From the NCBI GenBank assembly GCA_002633005.1, contig NMRA01000094.1, positions 770,597 through 834,596 of the forward strand: DNA of 64,000 nt, written 5' to 3'. This document shows positions 1 to 12,049 of this stretch, one piece after another. The notes under the pieces were generated by a model. The model searched no databases. It saw only the letters and a list, made by a program, of their open reading frames with translations, and was not told where the DNA came from. Numbering within the stretch: position 1 is the first letter of the stretch; each line of letters begins with the position of its first letter. Both the position numbers and the translations under genes were made by a program. The DNA is from Phoronis australis. Its lineage: Eukaryota > Animalia > Phoronida.

Positions 1-550
1 AGAAATATTTATCATTTATGTTCTGTGCTGGCTAGAACATTAACAAGAATCAAAACTTTTGCGAATGGCACGTGAATGTTCTATTTCTGACAAAATAAAT
101 TTGCAGGGTCTGCTAAATGTTTACTATGGCGTGAAAATAAGAGCTGTGTCAACCAACATACTAAGAAACTGGTCTGATTTTACTTAAAAAATCAGTTTAT
201 GCCTTTTATTTCAAATATGTCTGCATTGTGCTCTCAATATGAAATTTTCAAAGTCATTATTTACGAATAGACCATACTCATGGTGCTTTAGTCCACTTTT
301 GTCCTCTTTATTCTGTACATCTCCGCCATAATTAAATATTACCTGGTGCTACAGTTAATTATTTTCTCTCCACGTCACTTTCTCAGTTTTTGCTAATAAC
401 TTGTCGTGAATGTTACCGTTGTTTGAAAGTTTACACGTTATATTAAGTGGTGAAGTCATGGATCTGGCTGCTGTATTGACCAGTTATGTATATTGCGTGT
501 TACATTACCTGTTGCTATTGATTTTGACTTCAAAGAACTGTCTTTCGCAG

Positions 551-688
551 ATTGAACACGTGGACAAGTTTGTGCGTAGCGTAGATTCAACGTTAAGACA
601 AAGTCATGAAGCCAAGCGGCTGGCTGCAATTATAGACAAGATAGATTGTTATGATGCTGTAGATCTGCCTAATGATGAAGCAGTACGG
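551..688 (+). CDS. PLEKHG5: PLEKHG5/Syx-like RhoGEF internal exon (end of DH domain / DH-PH linker)
   Basis: Acceptor tctttcgcAG|ATT, donor CGG|GTgagt, 138 nt, phase 0/0. IEHVDKFVRSVDSTLRQSHEAKRLAAIIDKIDCYDAVD resembles the recalled vertebrate PLEKHG5 segment [34 protein letters not shown]. Confidence 0.88.
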
Positions 689-986
689 GTGAGTGATAGA
701 GCAGGTGTAGTGGTGGATCCAGGAGGGAGGTGTTAAGGGGCTTCACCACCTCTTAGCAACACAAAATTCATTATTGGATTAGCCAATTAGTGACTAAATG
801 TCTGTTAGATACAGTGAGTGTGTACGATCTTTTCGCACAGTGGAACATGGATGTACCTATTGATATTTTTGTTTCCTGCTCTCGTGATCATCCGTTCTCC
901 AAATAATGCTATGTTGTGTTGAGGCATGTGATGACATAATGACAGTGGCTGAGTCTGTGCATTGAGTTGTTGCACCAAATTACCAG

Positions 987-1093
987 CCAGTCTGAGTACT
1001 GTGTGTACTCTCACTTGTCTGACCTCAATGGCTGAGACTCCAGTCTGAGTACTGTGTGTACTCTCACTTGTCTGACCTAAATGGCTGAGACTC
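987..1093. repeat. Tandem duplication, 53-bp unit x2
   Basis: ccagtctgagtactgtgtgtactctcacttgtctgacct... starts at 987 and 1040. Confidence 0.9.
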
Positions 1094-1431
1094 CTGCCAA
1101 TTTTCTATTCCAGCTCCATTTGAGCTTATTGTTTGAACACGTCTATTTGAAAAAATAATTTCAATTTAAAAAAATGTAATAATAATGTTCCAAATATGTT
1201 TCACCAAAACACTTTCAACAAGGTTAGTTCCCTTTTTAAGACAAAAGTAAAACATGTGAATGTTGCATACAGCTTTCAGTTACTAACATGTTGAGGGGTG
1301 ATTTTTTGTTGATTTGGAATGACTTGTTTCCCTCTATTTCATCAATGTTTTAAAAGGATTTATAGGCAGTTATGTGTTTAGTGAATTGACAGAAACTAAT
1401 TAACTGCTTAATTTGTCACTTGTCATTTCAG

Positions 1432-1548
1432 GCACTGAGTCCATACAGCACCTTAGATCTTACTTGTAGAATGCCAGGATGTGGCCCAAGGGCTCGCCGT
1501 AACCTTCTAATGGAATCAGCTCTGAGACTGAAGGAAGGAAATAGCAAG
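1432..1548 (+). CDS. PLEKHG5: PLEKHG5-like exon (start of PH domain); not in the ORF track
   Basis: Acceptor tgtcatttcAG|GCA, donor AAG|GTagac, 117 nt, phase 0/0. ALSPYSTLDLTCRMPGCGPRARRNLLMESALRLKEGNSK resembles LDLTAPIPG...RQLLLEGSLRMKEGKDSK. Confidence 0.87.
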
Positions 1549-1710
1549 GTAGACAGTCATGGTTATCCTTCTGATCCTGTTCAGTTGTGACTTCCTGCTT
1601 TGAATAAAGGACAAGTGACTTTGTTTCATTGTTTCCAGATTGGTGATTGTCGTTTGATCTGTATACATTGATTATGCTGGTTTGCAGGGCTTTGTACACT
1701 CCCCGGGAAT

Positions 1711-1806
1711 TGAAATGAACAGTGTAAACAATTGTACAACCGATATGGTAATGCTATGAAATGAACAGTGCAAACAATTGTACAGCCGATATGGTAATGC
1801 TATGAA
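1711..1806. repeat. Tandem duplication, 46-bp unit x2
   Basis: tgaaatgaacagtg.aaacaattgtaca.ccgatatggtaatgcta starts at 1711 and 1757. Confidence 0.9.
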
Positions 1807-1955
1807 GCTCAATGTCTGAATGCTAACATTTTTAAAACTGTGTAAAACGTAATAATGTTGTCAAGCTTCTTGCTGAGTGCCAACATTGTTATAACTATAT
1901 TAAGTATGTTTCCATTTTAAAATGGATATTTAATGTGTTCTGTTGTCCTCTGCAG

Positions 1956-2195
1956 ATTGACGTCCTCTGTCTTCTCTTCACTGACATGTTACTCGTCACC
2001 AAGGCAACAAGGCGTGGTGACAAGGTGAAGGTCATCAAACCCCCACTGCGAGTGGACCGTATCAAGGTACAGATGATGCGTGACCAGACTAGCTTCCTGT
2101 TAGTTCACCTCAGCGAGTACAACGTGGTCTCCGCTGCCTATCTGTTTCAGGGTGAACACATCGCTAAGTTTGTGGCTATGTTCATGAAAGCTCAG
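1956..2195 (+). CDS. PLEKHG5: PLEKHG5-like exon (PH domain core)
   Basis: Acceptor cctctgcAG|ATT, donor CAG|GTgggt, 240 nt, phase 0/0. IDVLCLLFTDMLLVTKATRRGDKVKVIKPPLRVDRI...SFLLVHLSEY matches the PLEKHG5 PH signature DVYCFLFTDLLLVTK...VIRPPLLVDKI...SFLLIYLNEF. Confidence 0.92.
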
Positions 2196-2321
2196 GTGGG
2201 TTGCTCCTCGAGTGAATGCGGTCGTAATGTTTTACCTCATTTAGTCACAAAGCATGAGCAAGGTCTCATTTCTTTGTCATCTAACTCAATGCTTGCGTCA
2301 ACATTTGTGAAAACACTGTCA

Positions 2322-2420
2322 AAGGTCACATATTGTTGGTGTTGACCATGAGGTTAAAGGTCATATGTTGTTGGTGTTGACCATGAGGTCAGAGGTCACA
2401 TATTAGTGTTGACCATGAGG
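2322..2420. repeat. Short degenerate tandem repeat (~3 units of aggtca...gtgttgaccatg)
   Basis: gtgttgaccatgagg recurs three times. Confidence 0.75.
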
Positions 2421-3000
2421 TAGTTGTTCTGTTGACTGAGTGTTAACATTACGGACTGTCGTGATGTGTACTCTGAGTACTATGTTTTCTGTACTTGAAA
2501 TGTAAGCAAATATTAATATTGCATCTTCATAAATTCCAAGGGGTGGAAATGTTTGCATGACCGCACATCTAAATTTCAGCTTCAATCCTCTAAACCCCTG
2601 GACCAGCAAACGCTATGGACTGTGCGCAGAGTTTGATCCCCAGGTCTGGAAATTGGTCACCTGGTACGAGTATACTCAACGCGTGTGAAATTTAGGGACA
2701 TGAGCATGGAATTTGTCACTGCTGGTGTTTGCTGATCCAGGAACGGGCTAAGAGGATCCTACCTGAAACTGAGAGGCGAGGCCATGGAATTGTTATCCCC
2801 TGATTAGTGAACTTCAATTTGAAATCATTTGGCAGATTTTGGTGGGGAAGTTTTGATCAAGTTGTTTTGTTCAGACTTGTTGTCAGCAATGGACTACAGT
2901 TACTCCTCATTCATTTCATGTCATCTCTGGTCCAGGTCGAAAGTGAACTGAGAACATTCAGTTTTTCATTGAGCAGTAATATCAAGGTTAAGCTTATTTA

Positions 3001-3383
3001 TTTGAACATCAAGTGCTTGTTTGTTTGAACATCAAGTACTCATGTATTTGAACATCAAGTACTTGTTTGTTTGAACATCAAGTACTTGTTTGTTTGAACA
3101 TCAAGTACTTGTTTATTTGAGCATCAAGTGCTTGTTTGTTTGAACATCAAGTACTTGTTTAATTGAACATCAAGTACTTGTTTATTTGAACATCAAGTAC
3201 TTGTTTATTTAAACATCAAGTACTTGTTTAATTGAACATCAAGTAATTGTTTAATTGAACATCAAGGACTTGTTTGTTTGAACATCAAGTACTTGTTTAA
3301 TTGAACATCAAGTACTTGTTCATTTGAACATCAAGGACTTGTTTATTTGAACGTCAAGGACTTGTTTGTTTGAACATTGAGGA
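3001..3383. repeat. 23-bp minisatellite (~16-17 units, ttgaacatcaagtacttgttt..) abutting the exon acceptor
   Basis: Visible 23-bp periodicity; most units contain the palindrome CAAGTACTTG. Confidence 0.95.
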
Positions 3384-3393
3384 CTTTTTTCAG

Positions 3394-4688
3394 AAACTGT
3401 ACCAAGAGGCCAGAGAGGAACATTCAACAGACTACTTACTTCATATGGACCCTGACTTGGATGATCCTTCAGTTGCTATTCTCAGTAAGACTGAAATGAG
3501 ACAGAAGGGCAGTAAGAAGTCAGTCAACCGATCAGACAGTGTTGAGTCGACTGAGGGCAAGTTTGTGCCAAATGCCATAGCTAAGTGTCACAGTTCAGAG
3601 AGTATAAACCAGGGTAATGTGGACATTGATGTTCCTGTGTTTACAAACGAGGAGGTGACGGACGAGTTCCGGCCACGTTCACAGTCTTATAGTGGTGAGA
3701 AACTTAGTCAACCCAATACTCTCTTCATTGTTCCTCACCATGATTATGTGGTGGATAGCTCCCCAGCAGTGTCGCCGCGATCAGAGACCTCAGAACAACA
3801 ATCTCCGAATGTGTCACCTAAAATTCGCCGTCGCTCTCCTGTGAATCCTGCTCAAAAACCCAAACCTATTAAAGTGATACCTCGACATGAATCGTCGTCT
3901 AGTAGCGATGCAACAGATGGCACTTTACTTCCTGGAAACAATGTGTCAGGCAATCACAAACACTTAATTCTACCGAACAAACCTCTGATTGAGGGTATTC
4001 AGGACGATCAGCTCAAAGGAAAACTGAATCAGCGACGGATGTCACGGGGTGAAAAACGTTACCACACAGCAGATTCCATCCAAGATATACAAAAGCAAGA
4101 GACGTCCAAAGACACAGCGATACACAAGCGATTGTCTTGGCACTTAGGAGCAGTTGATATAAACATTGATGACCGAACTGGTATACTTAAAAACAAGACA
4201 TTCAGTTCTGACTCACTTCGGAGTGTGCCAAGCTCTAGTGGTGTTAGTTCAACACAGTCACTGCATTTAAGTCCTGATAGTGAAATTTGTGAGGAGAATG
4301 AACTAGACTTACAGAATGCAGACAGTACGGGTATTGAAGGTGCCATTCAGTTATTCACTGACATTGTGGAGAGTGAAACAGACACTGAAGCCACGTTAGT
4401 TGGCAGTCCATCCGAACGTCCAACAAACTCTGGTGATGAAGAGGAGGATGACACTGATATGCCATCTGGTGGCCACTTTGAGAGTGATCGTTTGGCAGTG
4501 TCAGCCAGGTCGAAATCGATGTCAGACATTTCGTCCATCATGGCCGATTTGTCGCCAACAGAGGTGAAAGATGGAATCTCTTCTGTGAATCTCCCCAAAG
4601 TTGCCAAGAACCGAAATCAGAAGCTCAGCCATGCAGAAATCTTGAAAATGAAGAAACAGCTTCTACTCAACTCCAGTGCGGAGGCCTC
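3394..4688 (+). CDS. PLEKHG5: PLEKHG5-like long exon: Ser/acidic-rich disordered tail and conserved C-terminal helix
   Basis: Acceptor ttttttcAG|AAA is in frame with the 440-aa ORF. The exon ends KLSHAEILKMKKQLLLNSSAEAS, similar to the PLEKHG5 C-terminus (KLTLAQL...LLLNSTLTASEV). Strong donor TC|GTAAGT at 4689, phase 2. Confidence 0.85.
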
Positions 4689-6342
4689 GTAAGTGTTGCA
4701 GTGTTTATAAAGTGGCGATGGGCTCTGATAATGCTATTAGTTTTAAGAATGTCTTTCAGTTTGGGATTATGCAAATTAGATAAGCTGTCATAGAAAGTAA
4801 CTAACTTGTTGACAGTGGGCGAATCACAGGTTTATTCCATTCTTAAGAGACTATGTTGCGTATCTGGAGACATTAAACTCTAAGTAGTTCTGGAAATGAT
4901 ACGTTGACTCTAGACAAAGCATTGCGTCCTGAAAAGTGCATACATCTTAATTTTTCAAAGCACTTAGATGCCTGTAATTTGCAGAATTATGGAAATGTGT
5001 TAATGCAGGGGTTGACCCCTAACCTGGATGTGTTCACTAATTTGGTCCTTCTCCAGATTACTAATCCCACCTACGTAGACGTAGACGTGAACATGGTGCT
5101 TTCCATAACACCCTTATTTAAACCTTCCATGCAGCTGACCAATCTCTTCACTGGTTCTTAGTTTGCCAGCATTTGTCTAGTCTTCCACCTCACTGTAGTC
5201 TGGTTACATCTCACAGTGCAGTTAGCTTCTAGCATGATGAAGACACTCTTTGTGTTTTTGTTACGTTTTAACACAAACAGTTAAGATTATGTAGGACCTC
5301 AGAAAAATGTTCTAATTTGGCAAACTTCAGAACACCATATCTCGTGAATAGTTGGCCGTATTCACACGTTGTTAGCAATGTTTTTGCATGAGCGGTTGTG
5401 ACCGTATTTTTGAGATTTCATCTTCCGCGTTTACATCAAATTATATTTGATCCTGTTATCGATGCCGTTGTTTTGGTGTCAATGTACCTTTTTTCTACAA
5501 TTTACTTCAAAGACAAGGTCACGCGACCGAATTTATGACAGATTGGTAAATAGTCAAAAATTGAATTCTTCAGACTTTCTAGAATGTGAAAATAGAACAT
5601 AGTTTTATTGAGTTCAAATCTATATTTAAAAGATATTTGGCTAAATACTCGGCCTTGTCAATGTTGTTTTACTTAATTTTAATTAGAATGTATTATCGCT
5701 TATACAGGCTAAACATTTTAATTAATTAGGTAGTTTATCAATAAATACAGTACTTTGTTGGCTTTTAGCACTCTGTGGTACACGATTGGGTAAGTCCTGT
5801 GTACTCCACAATCTGCTTCATTGTTCTCCTTTGAACATGATGTCGTGTGTAGTCTGTGTAGTCGCTTTGTTTTTGTCTCAAATTTCAAATACTCAGTACT
5901 TGAAAATTTTGTTTACTTTTTTGAGAATTTCAAACATTGTATTTTTTGATTTTGAAATTGAAGGTTAAGTTGCTTATTAAAGAATGCTGACACTGAGAAT
6001 TGAGCTTGGCTTTGTGTGTTTTGTTGGTTGAGTTTTGAGATTGACTTTACATTTTAGTAATAGATACAGAAACAATCACCTAAACTAGTTTTTCACCTTA
6101 TGTACTAGCACGCTTTTACTTACATTGTGTTCAGTTTCACTGGTCAGTATGGCTTTAATACTATGATGAAATACTTTTGTTTTATGACTGAAAATCTGCA
6201 AACAAAATTCTTATAAGCTACTGTGATGTGTCTTAATTTAGGTTTTTGAAGAATTGCAAAAAGATATTCTTTGATTTAAAATAACCAGTTGCGGTTATAC
6301 TTTATATTTATGTTCTTACTTTATCTTTATGTTCTTTTCCAG

Positions 6343-6352
6343 GGAAGTCTGA
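6343..6352 (+). CDS. PLEKHG5: PLEKHG5-like terminal exon coding segment: completes Ser, adds Glu-Val-stop (PDZ-binding motif -SEV); 3'UTR follows
   Basis: Long polypyrimidine tract ending ttcttttccAG|G GAA GTC TGA. Joined to the phase-2 donor at 4688 it gives ...EAS-E-V*, the ASEV end known from vertebrate PLEKHG5. Confidence 0.85.
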
Positions 6353-8167
6353 TGTCAAAACAATCTTCTTCATCAAAACCTGTGAAGAATGGAACATCCG
6401 TATTTTGAGACATGAAAGGTTGTATGATGCCATCAACACTGTGTTGAGCAGAGATGGACTCCTGACAATGACCTTGACCTATATTCTTGAACAAAATATG
6501 AACAGAAGGCAGAGTAAGAAATATTGCTCATTGTCAATGTAGCTGCAGTATTCGTCCAACATTTCCAAATAATGGGGCCCAGTGGCCGTTTGCATGAAAC
6601 AGTCCCAACAAGGGCTCAGCTATGCTCTTTAAATTTTCAGCAAATTGGTGCGCACAGACTGATTGTCCCCTCGTCTGCTATTACATCTTCATTGCTACAA
6701 GTTTTATCCTCGACACATACCAAGAGTAAACTATACCTTGAATACTTAACATTGTTGAAACTAAACAGAGAGCTTTTAATTTTCGCTGAAATAAGGGTTC
6801 CATTTTCAGATATTTTATTAGAAAATGTCACAAGTTGAAGAGGAGCTTACAATAATAATAAAGGTAGAAAAATGCAGCATTAGTGTGAAAGTAAACAAAG
6901 TTCACAAATGCACTGAAAATTCAGGGAACATAGTTGGGTCCCCATTGGGAGTGCAACCAGTCACAGGTCTGTGAATACAAACCATAAATCATTTCCTCAG
7001 CACAGGATGGTGCACAATGTACATTGAAAAAACGAGGTGAATTTGGGGCGAGTTTTATCATGGGAAAGTACGGGAAGGTAAACAAGTAATGAAACTGAAA
7101 TTTTTATTTCCTTCATTTTATTTTTTCGATTCGTTACAATTACACAAGGCAACGCATTCATAAACTCGGTGTGCATTTTTAGTACAAAAGTGCACTGCAG
7201 TTATCAGCACCTGATTATTAGTTGAGGGATGTCCCCCTGCACATGCAGTGAAGTTAATTTAGCCTTTCAGGCTGGCTTCAGTGCATACCCAAGTTATCAC
7301 AGTTGGTTGTGTGGTTTATTGAAGTTATTGCAAGATAGCACTCCAAAAATCTTATATAGGCATAATTTTTTATTAAATATTAGGTATCGTACATATGCTC
7401 AGTGTCACAATATTTGAATAAAATAGTATAAATAATACCACAATCAGTGCTGTTTTTGACAGCGACACTTGCTGAAATTCCCACGATACCACTTCAAAGT
7501 AACCGACATTCCCTGAGACATCCATGTTGTTATGAATCGTCCTTTAGACTATCACTTTGTTCAGAATTTGAATACAATCATTAAGCATTAACAGGTTTAG
7601 TCTTGTTCAATTATTTATATAACTCTTGCCACGGGTAGCATGCAAATATTATGTCATCTCTCTGTTGCAGTTATGGAAAATGAAAAGAAAGATTGTATGC
7701 CAAAATATTAACACTTTTAGAATAACGAAATGCCAATTTATCCAAATCCTTTCAGGTTAGGTCCCTACCACACCAAAGTAGTTCTATCTAGTTCTCAAGA
7801 ATTTTGACACAATGGGCTAAAATTTAGTGGGAAATGAGTAAATTAAAAAGTACAATACCAGTAGAAAGTTGACCTTCCTTGTAGAGTGCCACTTTTTACG
7901 GGTTCAAATTGGAAGTGAAAATATGCTGTCACTCGTATCCTCAGGTGGACATATTCACTTGTGTTGAGGGCCAATATGTTGGAGACGTTTGTTACTGTCT
8001 GAGTAAGAACACAAAGGACGTTTTCACATTCAGAACGCGTTTTTGGCAGAAGTTTCTGTTTATGTCAGCCTGTGTCTCTTTGAACAGGTTGAAACTTGAG
8101 GAGACCTCTATTGGTGTGATGGGGCACTTGCCATCTGTGATACCTTGTGTTTAATGTGTGATGTCTT

Positions 8168-8362
8168 GTGTTTCATCTGTAAAATCATTAATATTTTTTG
8201 TCTGCGAAACCTTGTGTTTCGTCTGTGAAACCTTGTGTTTCATGTTTGGAACCTTGCGTTTCGTCTGTGAAACCTGTGTTTCATCTGTGAAGCCTTGCGT
8301 TTCGTCTGTGAAGCCTTGCGTTTCGTCTGTGAAACCTTCGTTTCGTGTGTGAAACCTTGTAT
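8168..8362. repeat. ~21-bp minisatellite (tttcgtctgtgaaaccttgtg)
   Basis: Visible periodicity; accounts for the repetitive ORF 8158-8352. Confidence 0.9.
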
Positions 8363-8630
8363 TTCATTTGCCAACTTTATCATAAACAGCTTATACTGGA
8401 TTATTCCTTTCACTTGTCAATTGGTTTAACATTTGTCTCATAATAGTATCAATGGTTGTCTTGTTTTCAATAAATGTGCATGTCACTGGTTATTTTACTG
8501 TTGGCATTTTCTCAGTTCAGGCTTTGTGATATGAAAGAAAAGTTGTATTAGCAACATCATTTGAGATTGGTTCCTGTGTCACCAACATTGGTTCCTGTGT
8601 CACCAACATTGGTTGAGCTGCACAAGACTG

Positions 8631-8916
8631 TTTATCTGGCTAAAAAAACGAAACGTTGATTTTGATTTCAAAAATATTACCTTAATTATCAATCTTATTG
8701 CCCAATGAGCCGGCAACTCACGTCATAGGCAATTGGTTAATGTGCCCATTTTTCGAATTGGCAGTTTTAGGGTTGGCCAAACCCAGTAAACGCTGATTGA
8801 GTTTTCTTGTGTTGTGGGTGGTTGTGATGTTCTTCCTGTCGGGTAAGGAATACAATAAGACCAATTTTGTGAGAGTAAAAAGGCCGAATGTGGTTTTCCT
8901 TTTTTAGCCTAATAAA
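8631..8916. mobile_element. Small MITE-like element with imperfect ~24-bp terminal inverted repeats
   Basis: Left tttatctggctaaaaaaacgaaac versus reverse complement of right end tttattaggctaaaaaaaggaaaac. No clear TSD. Confidence 0.5.
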
Positions 8917-10262
8917 CCAGGCGAAATGCAGCTCCAGCATTATTGGCTATTTTACAGTTTTGCCAGACAGAGAAATTATATATGGAGAAGTATAAGTGTT
9001 AGTGCTGAAGCAGATGTTATTTTTAGAGTCCAGATGAAGTCTGTGTCACATGGAACTGTTATTTATAGAATTTACTTGATACAGGGAATGGATATAATTG
9101 TCAATTACAAAAATCACTCCAGTGGCACTTGCATGTGGTATTTTACCAGATGGAGGTGATGGTGTAGTAAGTAATTACTAGAGTATTTAAGGCATTTCCT
9201 CCATGTGTGAAAATAGTAATTTATATGGCTTGTGGTGTCAACTGTTTGTAAATGAATAAATGTAATTATCGAAATAAATTATTTGAATATGGTCTTGTGT
9301 GGCTGTCCGAATTCTGCTGAAACATAGTGTCAGTAAAACTGTGGCCAAAGATGACAGGTATTTTGAAGACATTAACAAAAATTTCTGTTGGTTTTGTATT
9401 TTGTGCTCTTCATCATCGTTGGTTAACGATGTGCCAAACATTTTTACCCGAGTGGAAAAAATTACTAAACACAATGCACCTTAGTATCTATCCTTGGTTT
9501 ACCACCTACACCTAACTTATTCGTAATGAACAGTCATAAGTTTCAGTTGTGTCCTGTCCTATTTGGTTGGGAAAATACCTGCACCCAATCCCCTGCTTTT
9601 TATTTGACTCTAGCATGAGAATCAGGCGCGTTTCATCCAAATTGGTCGTCCAGCTAGACGTTCACCTCGACATCGCAAAAAAGTTAACGCTAATACGTGG
9701 CTTAATGCTCACCCGCTAACTTGAATCCCGTGACCAGTAACCTGGGTTATAACTGTATTAGTGGCTCACTGGAAATTTAACCTTGCCTACATCACAATAA
9801 AATTGATGTATTTGACTTAAAAAAGACAAATTGTTAGCTTCATTATGCAGTGTTCTTTGAATGTTGTACAAAATATAATCATGATTTCATGAGCAGCATA
9901 GTGATCTATTATGTCTTGCTTGATATTAGAAACAGGATTACCAAATTGTTATCCGTTGCCATATAAGGGTACCGTAGTAACCCCCACCCCATGCTTGGCA
10001 GACGCCAGGGTGCGAAACCTTGGAAGTGACGTGCATGGACTCATTAGTTGGCGAACTGGGAGACGGTACCGGATTTAACGTTTGTCCAGGCTTTGCCGGG
10101 GTATTTTTGCAATGGAGGATATGGGTTTAAAAAACGTCGTCTACACGCACTTGACAACGGGCATTTTACGATTCTTCTATACAATTCAAGAGAACGCCGT
10201 AACACACGCACACTTTCCAGAACAGATTTGTACAAATGTTCTAATTCAATAAACTAATTTTT

Positions 10263-10371
10263 AGAATATATATAGGTAAATAAAACAACAAGAATGTATC
10301 AACTGAAATTTTGGGATATATCCGAAAATTTCAGTTGATCCATTCTTGTTTTATTTACCTATATATATTCT
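10263..10371. repeat. ~110-bp near-perfect palindrome with no spacer
   Basis: Arms agaatatatataggtaaataaaac...aactgaaatttt and aaaatttcagttg...gttttatttacctatatatattct are centred on ggatatatcc, with one 3-bp indel and 2 mismatches. Confidence 0.92.
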
Positions 10372-11084
10372 TCATTTCATTAAACAATAGTATCCTTGAG
10401 AGGATCTGGATCGTCTTATTTCGTTTCAGATTTATTTTCTAATTTTTAGACTCTCCTTGACAATGATTATGGAACGAATACTCAATCTTTTTTTCAATTT
10501 TTTGAAATTCATTTCATATGAACAGGCTCATAACCGAGAGGAATCCCTCATTTCCTGTTTTAGAGATCTTATATATTATTTCATATCTATAGGACCCCTC
10601 TCGGAGAGTGACCAGATAATAGCCGCTCTTTTCCTGTTTTTAGGTATATCATTACAAGATTATGTAGGATTTTTTGAGAATCTGGGTGTTTAGCCAAATT
10701 TCTACAGAACTGCAGATTTTAACTAAGTAAAGGTACATATTTTTTGGAAAAAAAAGTTTTTAGATTTTTTTTGACTTTTTAACCATCCTGCCATTCAACT
10801 GATTCATTTAACAAGTTCTTTTTAGGAAAAGGAAAGGTACATTGATTGCAAAACAACGACTAAATTTCATTAAATATTGTTTAATACGAGATTTTTGATA
10901 TCCGCTCATGCAAAAGTGAAGTATTTAAAAAATTCCTAAATCTTTTTGGAGAACAGTGCATAAATCATAGTATCTGAAAGTTTCATTTGAATCTGACTAG
11001 GAATTACACTAAATATTCCTGGTTGTTTTGCAATTAATGTTGAAATTTCATAGAATTATAATGGTAGCATTCATTGAAGACCGT

Positions 11085-11257
11085 TACTATGTTGAGCACG
11101 GCACACTGATGAGCGTCATGGCCCGGGGTGCGCGGCCCGGGTACTATGTTGCTGAGCACGGCGCACTGATGAGCGTCAAGGCCCGGGGTGCGCGGCCCAG
11201 GTACTAAGTTGCTGATCAAGGCGCACTGATGAGCGTCATGGCCCGGGGTGCGCGGCC
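11085..11257. repeat. GC-rich 60-bp tandem repeat x3
   Basis: gc.cactgatgagcgtca.ggcccggggtgcgcggcc starts at 11101, 11161 and 11221. Confidence 0.93.
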
Positions 11258-12049
11258 AGCGGGGTATAAAGGTGTACAACCGACTGTTTTAGGATTGTGT
11301 TGGATACAGATTTCCTAAAAAATACCTCTTTAATCCAAATTCTTAGTCATTACGTTCAAGATTTCGTAGGCGGATAAACGGGGGAGCCCCGTATCCACAC
11401 TTAGATTAAGAGATTTTTTTTTGCCCTTTGCAGTTTAGGATTTGCGCATCTACAGAGAATGTAATGAAGTAAGTAGTGGCAGCAAAACTTCGGAGCGAAA
11501 ACGGAGGCGTTCGGAGACTCACCATGAATAACACCTTTCTACTAATTATGTATGTTGTTTAATTTTCTGACCTGCCTTCAGTATCCTTAAAACTAACGTA
11601 GCAACTGCATGCCCGCACCCAACCTAAAAATGGGGGGCTCGAATTTTTGAGAATGCGGATCTTTTACTAAAAAACTGAGGTACTTCAGAGCTATCAATTT
11701 TGCATTCGCTGAACTTTGGTAGCACATGCCATTTTAGTGGACTTTTGTCTCGGTTTCTACTTTTTCGGAATTTTTGTTTCTCCGAGGCGGAACTTTTTGC
11801 CCACTTCGTCAAATCGAGCCCCTCGGGCCTCCCTGGGTGTGCGCATGAACTGGGAAAGGGATCGTCAGTGGAGTTCTTTGCCGGCCGGCGACAGATTATT
11901 CTGAATGAGGCGTAGAGGTGTAATAGCTGCCGTCAGCAGAGTTGGTGTCAAAACAGACACTACAAACAAACAAAGTCACTTTTTTCAACGGGCCAGTGAA
12001 AATTCCAACTGATAATTACCTTCATTTTAAGTCTTGATATGAGAGTATG

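Noticed and set aside
4059-4607. Antisense ORFs overlapping the large RhoGEF exon
   Set aside because: They are shadows of a Ser-rich coding exon with no independent signal.
11101-11257. CTGATGAG in each 60-bp unit as a hammerhead ribozyme core
   Set aside because: The GAAA required after stem II is absent (GGCC follows instead).
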